This document shows, piece by piece, positions 1-9,611 of a stretch of DNA of 64,000 nucleotides (positions are counted from its first letter, which is position 1; each line of letters starts with the position of its first letter). The notes under the pieces are model-generated. The model worked only from the letters and a program-made list of their open reading frames with translations, searched no databases and was not told the DNA's origin. This DNA comes from an uncultured virus (IMG/VR IMGVR_UViG_3300044296_000314). Lineage: Duplodnaviria; Heunggongvirae; Uroviricota; Caudoviricetes. Position numbers and translations under genes: made by a program. The stretch lies in the IMG/VR virus record IMGVR_UViG_3300044296_000314. The stretch is one strand, 5' to 3'.

Positions 1-610
1 CATCATAGTTGGCTTCGTACTCGCGCTGAAAGACATCACGCAGAGTCAGAGCGTTGGTGGCCGCTCCTGCCTCCGCTTGGCGAGACTTCAACTCCTGGGT
101 CTGGGTCCGGATGCGTTCCTGCAGCTTGGCCGCGCATCCCATGCGCCAGCTGATGGCCGACCGACTCAGGCGATCCTTATTCTCAAAGGGCAGCAGCCGT
201 TCGATCGCGTCGCAGAGGTACTCGCCCAGAATTGTGGCCGCTTTGGCGTTGCTCTCGCTGCCAAGAATGACGTGGCGTTTGACGAACACCGGGGATCCGG
301 TGCTGCTGTACTTGCCCGTGAGCTCTTCTGCGACCCAGTGCCAGCAGAAGTTGGCCTCAGCGATGGCATACCACAGTTCGCGCTGCCAGGCGTACATGGC
401 GCTGCGATTCACCTTGGTCTTCTCGCGTTTCTCCTCCGCAACGACTGTGCCACCGGCAACCGCCGTCTGGCGGATAACCGCCATGTCGAGGTTGTACTGC
501 GCCAGGAGCTCGGTGACCTTGGCGGCTGCGGCGGAAGCTTCGTGTTCGTTCGGGTTGTTGCTGAGTTCGAGGAGCTTCTGGATGCGGCGGATGATGTTCT
601 CTTGCGACAT
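1..610 (-). CDS. DUF2786-like domain protein (3' end runs off the window)
   Basis: Own translation from ATG at 610: MSQENIIRRIQKLLELSNNPNEHEASAAAAKVTELLAQYNLD, the typical DUF2786 N-terminus; open to base 1. Confidence 0.75.
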   Translation of the reverse strand, partial: MSQENIIRRIQKLLELSNNPNEHEASAAAAKVTELLAQYNLDMAVIRQTAVAGGTVVAEEKREKTKVNRSAMYAWQRELWYAIAEANFCWHWVAEELTGKYSSTGSPVFVKRHVILGSESNAKAATILGEYLCDAIERLLPFENKDRLSRSAISWRMGCAAKLQERIRTQTQELKSRQAEAGAATNALTLRDVFQREYEANYD

Positions 611-647
611 GATTGTGGTTTCCTTTGATTGTCGGGTGTCTGCGGGG

Positions 648-725
648 TTAGCGGTTGAAGCGGCTCTGAATCTGGCGGAGAAGAGCCTTCTGTGTGGTGG
701 ATACCGGGTTGATTGTGGTGCTCAT
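648..725 (-). CDS. 25-aa putative leaderless early peptide (MSTTINPVSTTQKALLRQIQSRFNR)
   Basis: ATG 7 nt downstream of a TAAGAT -10 box; below the ORF-track size cut-off. Confidence 0.4.
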   Translation of the reverse strand: MSTTINPVSTTQKALLRQIQSRFNR

Positions 726-731
726 GAATAC

Positions 732-986
732 CATCTTAAAACTAATTCCGCCACAAGGCAAGCGTTTATTTTAAGTATCCCAACTTTATCCAGCTAACCT
801 ACAGATAAACCAACAAATATAGTTTCGAAAAATTTATTTGGCCAGTATTCTCCCTTTCCGTTGTTTTGACCACAGTATCTATGGAAGCAAAATCAAATAC
901 CAACGATTGATCAGGCTCTTGAGTATTTCCCTGGTCTTTCAGCAGCGATTGCGCCTTGCGTGGTTTCTGGTCACAGGATGGCCAAT
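732..986 (-). repeat. Dispersed promoter cassette, copy 1 (TTGCCT-N17-TAAGAT)
   Basis: Colinear similarity to 7591-7847 and 14338-14598; core GAGTATTTCCCTGG..CAGCGATTGCGCCTTGC.TGGTTTCTGG.CACAGGATGGCCAAT. Confidence 0.8.
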
Positions 987-1567
987 TGCAGATTTCCGGT
1001 TTTGATCATGTGAAAGGTTACCCTGGCCAGCGCGTCGACGTCAACCATCGCATCATGAGCTCCATCAAATCCATAACCCAGCATCATTGAATGCGCCTCA
1101 GTCAGGTTGGGCCATTTATACGGGTCATTGGCGCGTTTGAACTTCGATGGAATCTTGCAGACTGGTACGGCAGCCTTCATCGCACAGGTTTGCACCAAAG
1201 CGTTGAATGACTCCGGCTTGACGTTCTCCCGATGGAACTGGGCCCACAATAGATTCGAGTCAAACTCAATGTTGTAGGCTACCGCGTGCTGGGCCAGCTT
1301 GCAAAGCTGAGAAAACATGGCCAGTACCGTTCTTCGAGGTAATCCCCACCGGACGGCGTCCTGGTGAGAAATTCCGTGAACCTTGGCCACCTCGTCGCTG
1401 ATAGTCCAGCCTTCCGGTTTCACCATGACGTTCATACTGGCCACCACTCGCTCGTCAAGGGTCATTACTTTGGCGGCAAGTTGGCACAGATGCGGTTGAT
1501 GTTCGGCGGTAAAGTGAGACTTGAAGTCCATCTTGCCGGTTGTTTCAGTGTCAAAGAAGAGTATCAT
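971..1567 (-). CDS. DEDDh 3'-5' exonuclease (DnaQ-like)
   Basis: FFDTETTG (ExoI), AYNIEFD (ExoII), AHDAMVD (ExoIII). Confidence 0.9.
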   Translation of the reverse strand: MILFFDTETTGKMDFKSHFTAEHQPHLCQLAAKVMTLDERVVASMNVMVKPEGWTISDEVAKVHGISHQDAVRWGLPRRTVLAMFSQLCKLAQHAVAYNIEFDSNLLWAQFHRENVKPESFNALVQTCAMKAAVPVCKIPSKFKRANDPYKWPNLTEAHSMMLGYGFDGAHDAMVDVDALARVTFHMIKTGNLQLAIL

Positions 1568-1607
1568 GTTTATCTCTCAATCGAGCTTTCCGCTCTGTTG
1601 TCGGTTG

Positions 1608-1925
1608 TCATATAATGATCTCCGCCACCACATCCACATGAATATCAAGCGTAGACGCAGCAGGACGACCTACGGCTCGCAACGCTACTCGCTCCAGCGT
1701 ACTGAGCAAGGGCGCTCGAAAGTTAGTGAAGTATCGGGAAGTGAATCGGCTGCGACTGTTTGGATACTTAGTAGCAGCCGCATTGATAATGTCCATGGTT
1801 TCACGTTCTTCTTGCTTCACTTCCCACTTCCCGTTCACCAGCTCGTGCACCAGCAAACGAAACTGTCGGCCTCGAAGCAAATCAGAATGCACGGCGTCTT
1901 CTACTTCCAACACGTACCAAATCAT
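1608..1925 (-). CDS. hypothetical protein
   Basis: ORF in the minus-strand operon; likely start MIWYVLE overlaps the upstream stop. Confidence 0.45.
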   Translation of the reverse strand: MIWYVLEVEDAVHSDLLRGRQFRLLVHELVNGKWEVKQEERETMDIINAAATKYPNSRSRFTSRYFTNFRAPLLSTLERVALRAVGRPAASTLDIHVDVVAEIII

Positions 1926-2119
1926 TTCTGCTCCTTCTTCAATATCCAGGTTTCCAGAGCCTTCTGAGCACAAACTACGTGGGCCCAAAGTAAAGCGTGC
2001 TCCCCGCGTGAGGCAGCTTCGCGGAACAGATCGATGATGTGCTGATACTGCTCCATTGTCTTACCGCACACAACACATGTTCGGGCGACCCCTGGGCCTT
2101 GCTCATAGCTTCGGCTCAT
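1922..2119 (-). CDS. small hypothetical protein with CxxC..HxxC (possible Zn binding)
   Basis: 4-nt overlaps with both neighbours. Confidence 0.55.
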   Translation of the reverse strand: MSRSYEQGPGVARTCVVCGKTMEQYQHIIDLFREAASRGEHALLWAHVVCAQKALETWILKKEQK

Positions 2120-2793
2120 CGGCGATAGTACACTGGTATGCCAGCCGCTGCCAGCGACTGAGCCGTCATCTCCCGCTCATGAGCGTACCCATTGGCAACC
2201 TCATTGGCCAGCACCACAATACGCTTGATGCCCGCTTGCACCAGCAATCGAGCGCAAACTTGGCAAGGGTAGCAAGTGATGTAGGCAGTACAACCGTCGG
2301 TGGGCCTTCCTCGACGGGCCGCCAAGGCGACTGCATTGAACTCCGCGTGGCATACATGATGGTACTTGTTGGGTCTATGCCACATCTCCTCTGTTTCCGT
2401 CACTCCTCTCAGCATACCATTGTAGCCACTGGAACACTGGTGATTGAGATCAGGGTACACCAAAATACAGCCTACTTGTCGAGACGGATCCTTGCTCTTG
2501 GAAGCCACCACTCGCGCCTGCTGCAACCACCACTCGTCATCGTCAGGCACCTCGCGGAACAACCCAGCCAGAGGCGCTGGCGCCTCCCCTGTTGGCCTTT
2601 CCACCGGGGGTTGCGACAGCGGCTCGTTGGCGGTCTGCTCCGTTGTCGGCGGTATTGTCTCGTGACGCAGAACAGCGTCCCACTCCAGATAAAGTCCAGC
2701 GTTGGAACATCCTTCTTTGCGGCAAACAAGCTGGAACCCTTTGGACCATAATTTCGTCTTGCACACTACACAAGTCATATCACTCTCCCTCAT
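2116..2793 (-). CDS. dCMP deaminase with N-terminal Cys-containing extension
   Basis: SKDPSRQVGC, GYNG, CHAEFNA and PCQVC zinc-deaminase motifs. Confidence 0.9.
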   Translation of the reverse strand: MRESDMTCVVCKTKLWSKGFQLVCRKEGCSNAGLYLEWDAVLRHETIPPTTEQTANEPLSQPPVERPTGEAPAPLAGLFREVPDDDEWWLQQARVVASKSKDPSRQVGCILVYPDLNHQCSSGYNGMLRGVTETEEMWHRPNKYHHVCHAEFNAVALAARRGRPTDGCTAYITCYPCQVCARLLVQAGIKRIVVLANEVANGYAHEREMTAQSLAAAGIPVYYRR

Positions 2794-4507
2794 ACTCTAA
2801 AAACCACCCCTTAGGATCTCTGGTCACTATGTCCGCGATGCGTTTCTTGTTGCGCAAGGCAGTGATGATTTTTTGATCCTGACTTCGTCTTGCTTCCAGG
2901 TCGATGAGCAGCACGCTGTTGGCTTTCTGGCCAATACGGTGGTTGCGGTCCTCCCCTTGTAGTCTCAGCTCCAGGTTGAACTGGTTGCAGTACCAAATCT
3001 GCACGTCCGACTCGTTGATGGTGAGTCCGATGCCCGCGTTTTGCGGATTGGCCACGAAATAGCGCTTAGTTGGATCCTTCCGGAACGCCTCCAGGTTGCG
3101 TTGTCGCTGAGCCTCTGGTACGCCTCCATGGTAGCTGACAGCGCTTGTCCCTAGATGTGACTGCAACAATTCTAGGTCTGCTCTAAATCGGGCCCAGATT
3201 ATGTACTTGTGGTCATTCCCCACGTCGTCCAGAACCCGTTGAAGCTCTTGCAGGCGGGGGAAAGTGCTTTCGATCGGAATCAGCTTGCCGTCCTCGTTGT
3301 CGTCTGGCCACCAGCCGCTGGCAATCTGTTGTAGGCGCATCATGCGTACGATGGCCAGATTCTCAGCTACCACTGCGCCATTTAGCTCAGCAACGAACTC
3401 TTCCGCCAATTGGTCGTACAACTTGCGAGCTTTGGGACTCAGCTCAAATTGACGGCGTTGGTACACCTTAGGCGGCAAATCCAAACAGTCTGCCTTGCGC
3501 ACTCGAAAGGTGCATCCATCCACCTTGTCAGTTAGCTCTTCCAAGTTGAGGTATCCAACTATTTTGGTGAAAGAGTTGTCGCCGAAGCTCCTCTCCTGGC
3601 AATACCGTCGTTTGAATGACGTGTAGGTCTTAAACCCCAAAATCATTGGATTGAGAAACAAGAATTGGGCATACAGATCTTCCACGCCTTGGGTAATAGG
3701 CGTCCCAGTTAGTATGCGCCGATATGGGGCTTGGCGGTATCGTTTTGTGATCCACTCCGTGCGCTTGGCAGACGGGGTTTTGATCCTGGTGCTTTCGTCG
3801 ATCACCCACAAACAGCGACGTTTGGCGAGAACTTCATCCACCATGTTGCACGCGACCTGACCGCTGAGGCCTTCGATGTGGAAGGAGAAAATGGCCAAGC
3901 CTTTGTAGCTCAACGTCCGGTCAAACTGTCGGCGTTGTCGCTGGCTCCGCGTACCAGAGTCTGCGTATTGGTTACACTTGATCCGTTCGGGAAGGTGCCG
4001 GGGGATTTCCTCGTCCACCCAATTCCAGTGTACTCCATTAGGAGCAAGCACCAATATGCAGTCAATCAGTCCTTGCTCATACAGCCAAGCACCAGTGTCG
4101 ATGGTCACCTTAGTTTTGCCGGTTCCCGGATCCATGAACAGCCCAAAATACTCTTCCGGTCGGCTTATCAGGAAGGCACGACGCTGGTGGTCATACGGAT
4201 GAGTACCGTATTGGTAGTTGTCCGTTTGGTGCAGTATGCCCTCGTCTCTTTTGCGTGCTTTGATTTCCACTTGAGATCCCAGAGCAGCTTGCCACTCCTC
4301 CAGGAATCTCTCAGTCCCGCCCGTCCACTCAGCGTCTGGCCAATGCTCCAATATGAAGCGTATGTTGGCGCCCACTGGCTTAAATCTAACGTCTCTGCCC
4401 TCAAAGGCCCAATAAGCGGGAAACTGGTTAAACAACTGCAGGTTGTCGCCAGTCAAGGGTACTTTAAGCAAGCAATACGTGTCGCTCTTCCACAAAACCG
4501 AGGCCAT
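2780..4507 (-). CDS. SNF2-like SF2 helicase/ATPase
   Basis: MDPGTGKT, IDEST, LTGTP, GIGLTI, QGEDRNHRIGQ. Confidence 0.9.
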   Translation of the reverse strand: MASVLWKSDTYCLLKVPLTGDNLQLFNQFPAYWAFEGRDVRFKPVGANIRFILEHWPDAEWTGGTERFLEEWQAALGSQVEIKARKRDEGILHQTDNYQYGTHPYDHQRRAFLISRPEEYFGLFMDPGTGKTKVTIDTGAWLYEQGLIDCILVLAPNGVHWNWVDEEIPRHLPERIKCNQYADSGTRSQRQRRQFDRTLSYKGLAIFSFHIEGLSGQVACNMVDEVLAKRRCLWVIDESTRIKTPSAKRTEWITKRYRQAPYRRILTGTPITQGVEDLYAQFLFLNPMILGFKTYTSFKRRYCQERSFGDNSFTKIVGYLNLEELTDKVDGCTFRVRKADCLDLPPKVYQRRQFELSPKARKLYDQLAEEFVAELNGAVVAENLAIVRMMRLQQIASGWWPDDNEDGKLIPIESTFPRLQELQRVLDDVGNDHKYIIWARFRADLELLQSHLGTSAVSYHGGVPEAQRQRNLEAFRKDPTKRYFVANPQNAGIGLTINESDVQIWYCNQFNLELRLQGEDRNHRIGQKANSVLLIDLEARRSQDQKIITALRNKKRIADIVTRDPKGWFLEYEGE

Positions 4508-4514
4508 GTAGAGA

Positions 4515-4727
4515 TTATACCTTCTTCGCAGTCACGCGTGATTGATTCTCTTGCTCGAATTCGTTGAGCAAAACGGCATAGGCGTCCGGGTCAATCAGGT
4601 CCGGCAGAGCAATGGCCATCCACATGGACAGCCGCACCAGCTCCCATTCGTCGCGACTCAAGGTCATCAGGTGACGTGGGTGCTGTAGCTCTGCCACGTG
4701 GTTAAATTTGTTGAGTAGGTTCTTCAT
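4515..4727 (-). CDS. hypothetical protein
   Basis: ORF tiling in the minus-strand operon. Confidence 0.5.
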   Translation of the reverse strand: MKNLLNKFNHVAELQHPRHLMTLSRDEWELVRLSMWMAIALPDLIDPDAYAVLLNEFEQENQSRVTAKKV

Positions 4728-5079
4728 TTGAATGTGTTCTGGCCTTCAACTCAGCCAACTCTCTTTCCACGGCATGAAGCCTGTCGCCCTGCTTCTGGTA
4801 GATGCTCGACCACTCATCGCACTTGCGTACTAGCTGATCTAGCATCCAACGCACAGAGTGAGTCTGCTCTGCGTTTTCCACGCGGCAACGGTATCCGGCC
4901 TGTACGCACGCCTGGAGGTCTTCTCTGATCTGTTGCTGCAAATCGTGGATGGTTACGCCGTCTTTGTTGATGGTATCCGCAGCAGTCAGAAGCAGATTGC
5001 GCCGGAAAGCGTACAGAGAACTGCCGGCCATATCCAGCAGTCCGGTTAGCAAATTTATGCGTCTGTTTCCTGTGCTCAC
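4702..5079 (-). CDS. hypothetical protein
   Basis: ORF tiling, 4-nt overlap with the upstream gene. Confidence 0.5.
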   Translation of the reverse strand: MSTGNRRINLLTGLLDMAGSSLYAFRRNLLLTAADTINKDGVTIHDLQQQIREDLQACVQAGYRCRVENAEQTHSVRWMLDQLVRKCDEWSSIYQKQGDRLHAVERELAELKARTHSNEEPTQQI

Positions 5080-5339
5080 CGCGCTTTACCTCCGGCATAC
5101 TTCTTCTTGGCCTTGTACTCGTTGCTCTTTCGGCGCTTGTCATAGTGCAACTTGGTCTCGCCCAAACTGATCCAGAATCCGGCAATTCGAAAACAGATAG
5201 CGGCGAACGTCCAGCGTTGGCACCACTCTGCGTATTGTTGACGAAACGGGAACTTTGTGTCGTCGATCCAGTTGTGCATCATCGTCCACAGAGTAGCAAA
5301 GGAGATGGTACCAATTCCAAGGTACAGTACAGTTTCCAT
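5076..5339 (-). CDS. small membrane protein
   Basis: Hydrophobic N-terminus, basic tail, GAGG RBS upstream. Confidence 0.55.
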   Translation of the reverse strand: METVLYLGIGTISFATLWTMMHNWIDDTKFPFRQQYAEWCQRWTFAAICFRIAGFWISLGETKLHYDKRRKSNEYKAKKKYAGGKAR

Positions 5340-5491
5340 TATTTCCTCTTTGTGTTCCTGGTGCTCCGGCAGGCCTGGTGCGAATCGCTCCCAGGTGGTC
5401 TGTGCCGTAGGTTGCTTGGTTGATCGGTGGGAGGACTATCCGGCGATACCGCCGGAAAGCCCTCCTGTTAATGAGTGAAGGCGAGTGTGAC

Positions 5492-7120
5492 TCAGCCCAG
5501 GTTGTCTGCTTCCACCACCTCCACTTCCACCAGTTCAGATTTGGCGCGAGTCACGGCCACGTACATCAGATTCATTTCCTGTTCTACCTGCCAATCCTTC
5601 CGGGCCCACTTGCTGGGCATGTAGCGGTTGCGCCCCAGCAGGTACACCGTGTTCCACTCACGACCCTTGCTCTTGTGGACAGAGCACAACGTCAGGATAG
5701 GAGCATCGCTGTTAGTGGTGTTGCCGAACATGCTCGTGATCAGGCTGCGCAGGTCATTAATGTCGTGCCGGCCTTCTCCCTGGAGGCGTTCGCAGAGCAC
5801 CTTGAGCGTTTCCAGCTTGTCTTCCAAATTGGCCGCTTTCTCTTCCTGACCCTTGGCCTGATACCGCTGAATCTCGCGAGCACGATAGTCATCGAGCTTG
5901 TTGAGCAAAGCGGAAATGGTCCGCAGCTTCCACTTGTTGGTGATGGAGATCAGACCCTGGCCAATCTCGCGACCTTCCACGCGGCAGGGAGTGCCCTGGC
6001 GGATGAAACGGAAGGCCAGATCCACCAGGGGAGCATTCTTGCGGCAGAGGATGGCGTCAGTGGGCTTCAGCGGCAGTGTGAGGAACTCTGGGGTGGTGAT
6101 GTTGCGAACAACGCCTTCTGCGTTGGTTTCTGCGGCTTTAATGTCAGGCACCCAGGTTTGCGCCAGCTCCACGATGCGCCGTCCGCAGCGATAGGTCATA
6201 TTGAGCGGCAGCTCCTTGCTGTTGAGCTGCTGCTTGATGATGGACATGCTGTCGCTGTCTGCGCCAGTGAACCCGTAAATGGCCTGAGCTGGATCTCCAA
6301 CCGCCACCAGCCGCCCGGTGCCAGGCTTGAGAAGAGCCAGAGCCAGGGCGCGACGGGCCGGATTGGTGTCCTGGGCCTCGTCGATCATGACAAAATCTTT
6401 CTGGTAGAACCGTGCTTTGAAGTACAAGGGGGCGAGAATCATGTCATCGGAGTCGATGATGGTGGCGCACTGCTTGAGGCTCACCTGGTACACCCAGACG
6501 CAGGTCCGGACCACCAGGTCCATGTCGGCGTCCTCCGGCAAGTCTTCCTCGACGCCGAAATGGTCGACCATGTCGTACCACTGCTTGTGGTCGTTGATCG
6601 AGCAGAGCACGCCAAATGCGCGCTGCTTGGCCCAGCTCACGAGCTTGAGCACGGCTTCCCGATAAGGAGCGATGAGATCAGCTTTGTCGGGGTTGGTGCA
6701 CAAGTCGTCCAGGATCTTGCTGCACTTCTTCTCATCCACGTTGTTGCCAGCGGCAGGGTGAAGCCGGATCCATGTGCGGAACCCCACCGAGTGGAGAGTG
6801 CCTGCCTCTGCCATGGGAGGAATGCGACGCCCACCAGCTCCTTCCGTCCAGCCGTGTCCAGCTTCCTCTAGCTTGGCCTTGATTTCGGTGGCGATGGCCT
6901 TGTTGTACGCGCCGATGAAGATGGAGAGGGGCTTTCCCTGCTTCTTGGCCTGCTCAGTGAGGGCGGCGGTGAGGGAAAGAAGGGTGGAGGTCTTGCCGCA
7001 TCCAGCCCGTGCCACCAGGTTGAGGTGGCCCTTTCCGCGCAAGCCCCAGTCGATGACCGCCTGCTGTTGAACGCTGGGCTTATGGGTAGTCTGGGTGGGA
7101 TTGAGGGTGATTGTGCTCAT
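5492..7120 (-). CDS. UvrD/Rep-family SF1 helicase
   Basis: ARAGCGKT, TLHS, IDEAQD, VGDPAQAIYGFTGA, VHKSKGREW, YVAVTRAK. Confidence 0.92.
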   Translation of the reverse strand: MSTITLNPTQTTHKPSVQQQAVIDWGLRGKGHLNLVARAGCGKTSTLLSLTAALTEQAKKQGKPLSIFIGAYNKAIATEIKAKLEEAGHGWTEGAGGRRIPPMAEAGTLHSVGFRTWIRLHPAAGNNVDEKKCSKILDDLCTNPDKADLIAPYREAVLKLVSWAKQRAFGVLCSINDHKQWYDMVDHFGVEEDLPEDADMDLVVRTCVWVYQVSLKQCATIIDSDDMILAPLYFKARFYQKDFVMIDEAQDTNPARRALALALLKPGTGRLVAVGDPAQAIYGFTGADSDSMSIIKQQLNSKELPLNMTYRCGRRIVELAQTWVPDIKAAETNAEGVVRNITTPEFLTLPLKPTDAILCRKNAPLVDLAFRFIRQGTPCRVEGREIGQGLISITNKWKLRTISALLNKLDDYRAREIQRYQAKGQEEKAANLEDKLETLKVLCERLQGEGRHDINDLRSLITSMFGNTTNSDAPILTLCSVHKSKGREWNTVYLLGRNRYMPSKWARKDWQVEQEMNLMYVAVTRAKSELVEVEVVEADNLG

Positions 7121-7121
7121 G

Positions 7122-7358
7122 TTAGTATTCCTTCTGGAAGCCCTTGACGGTGGCCACGTATTTAACGTCAGCGTTCAGTATGTTGCCCTCATTGGTGATT
7201 TCGAGGTCAACCCCGTGGTTGCGACCGATAGCGCGGAATCGAAGGGCGGACAGATGGTTGAGATCTACAAAAGCGTCTCCAATTTGCGCGTTGCGCAGCT
7301 CTTCAGTGATCTCAGGTGCGCGCCATACTTTGGGTTTGGTTGTGGTCCGGGTGCTCAT
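7122..7358 (-). CDS. hypothetical early protein
   Basis: AGGAG RBS; tiles the operon. Confidence 0.6.
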   Translation of the reverse strand: MSTRTTTKPKVWRAPEITEELRNAQIGDAFVDLNHLSALRFRAIGRNHGVDLEITNEGNILNADVKYVATVKGFQKEY

Positions 7359-7371
7359 GTTAGTTCTCCTA

Positions 7372-7584
7372 TTAGCTGATGACTACGGGAAGAGTCGGAT
7401 GATGTTGAGCTGCCCATTTGGTAAGCTGAGCGATTGACGATCCATGGGCCGTCTCGAGTAACGCGCTTTCCCCCAGAAAGGGGTAATCGTTGTTGGTTCC
7501 GAGAACTTGGAGAATGTAGAGACGAGAGTCGTTGCGGCGTCGAATGGAAATCGTCTTGGGCGTTACTTTGAGCGTGCTGTTCAT
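7372..7584 (-). CDS. hypothetical early protein, probably leaderless (start MNSTLKV)
   Basis: ATG at 7584 lies 7 nt after TAAGAT. Confidence 0.55.
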   Translation of the reverse strand: MNSTLKVTPKTISIRRRNDSRLYILQVLGTNNDYPFLGESALLETAHGSSIAQLTKWAAQHHPTLPVVIS

Positions 7585-7590
7585 GTCTAC

Positions 7591-7847
7591 CATCTTAACA
7601 CCACTCAATGGCGGAAGTAAAGCTGTATTTTATCGGTACCCAGTTATTTAGCGCTAACTCGTTGATAAACCACCAAATATAATTTTCCATATAGCTACTC
7701 CTCCAATATAGCGGTTAGCATTCGTTTTCGACACAGCAAACACAAGTTCAAAATCAATTTACAATCGCTGACCTGCCTGATGAGTATTTCCCTGGCATTT
7801 CGCCAGCGATTGCGCCTTGCCTGGTTTCTGGCCACAGGATGGCCAAT
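7591..7847 (-). repeat. Dispersed promoter cassette, copy 2 (TTTACT-N18-TAAGAT; IHF-consensus site at 7655-7667)
   Basis: Core nearly identical to 921-986. Confidence 0.8.
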
Positions 7848-9145
7848 CAGTTCTTCACCCAAATCAATGACTCTCGGGCACGCGTCACGGCGGTGTACAA
7901 CCAACGTTTCCGATCGTTGCCGTTCCAGTCATCACACAACACGACTTTGTTCCACTCGCTGCCTTGGCTGCTGTGAACGGTGATACCATAGCTGTAGTCA
8001 AAGTCCAAGCACCCCAAACCATATCGCACGTTGGAGTCTAGCATGATGCTCTGATCCACATGCTCAATGTCCTCATGGTAGTTGCCAATCAGGAGGCCCA
8101 GGAAGATCTCAGCAAAGGTGAAGTCATCATCACCATACTTGAGCAGAGCGCCTTCCACCGGGTGCTTCACAGGCCTGTATGGTTTTCGGCTGGTGTCAAA
8201 CTTCCAGGCGGCCAACGGCTCATCTGTCTCCACGGCGAACAAAGCACCATTCACCAATGCCGGATCCGTCTTCATTGCGTTTTGCTTGCACACTACTCGT
8301 TCGCCCGGCATGAGCAGCGACGCTCGCGCATACCCTGGACCCCACAAACGCTCTCGGAAGAAACGGTTGAGCTTATGGCGACCGTAATTGCTGCCAATCA
8401 GCACCTGGTCTGCTTCCAGGTACTCTTCTGGCGCCATCTGCGACTTGCGCCGGAGCTCGCATCCAGGGTGGCGATAGCTAGACGGCTCACAGCCTTCGCG
8501 GATCATCTGTGCCAGCGCAATGATGGGGTTATCAAGCGCTTGGCGGTGGATATGCTCCAAGCGTATATCGGCGTCGGTCTTGTGGAAAAATCCACTATCC
8601 CCTACGGGCGGCAGCTGGGCCTCGTCGCCCACGTACAGTACCTTGCGAGCACGCTCAAACAGATCTTTATGCATCTGTCGCGTCACCATGGAGGCCTCGT
8701 CGACAATGATCAAGTCTGTCTGAGATTGGTCCTCTCCCTCCTTCAGGGCAAATGACATCTTGCCTTTGATCTGGTTGCGGCGTTCTCGGTTGATTTGCTC
8801 CTGCAACGCAAAGGACGCCTCTGAGCCGACCGCCATGGATGCCAGCTTGGCTTCCATGAGGTTCAGATTATGGCGGCTGGAAGATTTCGGGGTGTACAAA
8901 TATGAGTGTATCGTGCCTATGCGCAGGAGCGGCATATTCAGCTTGCGCCGGAGCACCAGCGCAGCTTTGGCTGTGGGAGCGCACACCACCGGGTCAAGCC
9001 CCTCAGTGCGTATCCAATGGGCCAGAATAGTCGTCTTGCCGGTGCCGGCGTATCCAGCCAGCTTACACTCCGGATCTGACGATCGCAGCCAATGGTTTAG
9101 CTTCAATAGCGCCTTGTCTTGTTCATCGGTTAATCGCAAAATCAT
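7847..9145 (-). CDS. RecD/Dda-like SF1B helicase
   Basis: GYAGTGKT, CAPTAKAA, VDEASM, VGDEAQLPPV, ITVHSSQGSEW, LYTAVTRAR. Confidence 0.9.
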   Translation of the reverse strand: MILRLTDEQDKALLKLNHWLRSSDPECKLAGYAGTGKTTILAHWIRTEGLDPVVCAPTAKAALVLRRKLNMPLLRIGTIHSYLYTPKSSSRHNLNLMEAKLASMAVGSEASFALQEQINRERRNQIKGKMSFALKEGEDQSQTDLIIVDEASMVTRQMHKDLFERARKVLYVGDEAQLPPVGDSGFFHKTDADIRLEHIHRQALDNPIIALAQMIREGCEPSSYRHPGCELRRKSQMAPEEYLEADQVLIGSNYGRHKLNRFFRERLWGPGYARASLLMPGERVVCKQNAMKTDPALVNGALFAVETDEPLAAWKFDTSRKPYRPVKHPVEGALLKYGDDDFTFAEIFLGLLIGNYHEDIEHVDQSIMLDSNVRYGLGCLDFDYSYGITVHSSQGSEWNKVVLCDDWNGNDRKRWLYTAVTRARESLIWVKN

Positions 9146-9158
9146 CTCCTAAAAAGTT

Positions 9159-9204
9159 ATGCCCCAAGGCTGACCGCAATTTGCGCGAACAGCCTTGGGG
9201 GCAT
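9159..9204 (-). terminator. GC-rich hairpin, probable intrinsic terminator
   Basis: GCCCCAAGGCTG...CAGCCTTGGGGGC inverted repeat followed by AACTTTTT on the minus strand. Confidence 0.5.
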
Positions 9205-9230
9205 CTACAGTGACGAGCACCTGTGTCGGA

Positions 9231-9500
9231 CTACTGCACCGCCACGAAGCCTTGCTTGATCATGTCGACCAGATCGATGTAACGTCCACCCTGCTGAATG
9301 TACGTGGTGTACGACATGCCGGTTCGCACAAGATTGGCAGAGGCTGCGATCTTGGTGTTTTCTCGTCCCAGCCACTTCGGCATCAGCTTTTGGATTTTCT
9401 TTCCTTCAAACTGGCCAACGCGACCGCGCTTGCCGTTAGCAGGCTGCGGCTTGGGATCTGCGAATTTTTTCGCAGTGACTGCTTTCTTTGTGTTTGCCAT
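9231..9500 (-). CDS. small basic protein (possible DNA binding)
   Basis: Lys/Arg-rich, AAAGGAG RBS. Confidence 0.6.
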   Translation of the reverse strand: MANTKKAVTAKKFADPKPQPANGKRGRVGQFEGKKIQKLMPKWLGRENTKIAASANLVRTGMSYTTYIQQGGRYIDLVDMIKQGFVAVQ

Positions 9501-9611
9501 TGTGATTTCTCCTTTCTGTAGTAAGCGACAAGCGCGTCTGGTAATGTTTGCTGGGGTCGGAAGCTTTGATGGTCCTAGTTGTTTAAGACTTCTGCGACCC
9601 CAGCCAAACCC

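Noticed and set aside
7695..7904. 69-aa ORF over cassette copy 2
   Set aside because: Overlaps the helicase 3' end and lies in a regulatory repeat; no recognisable motif
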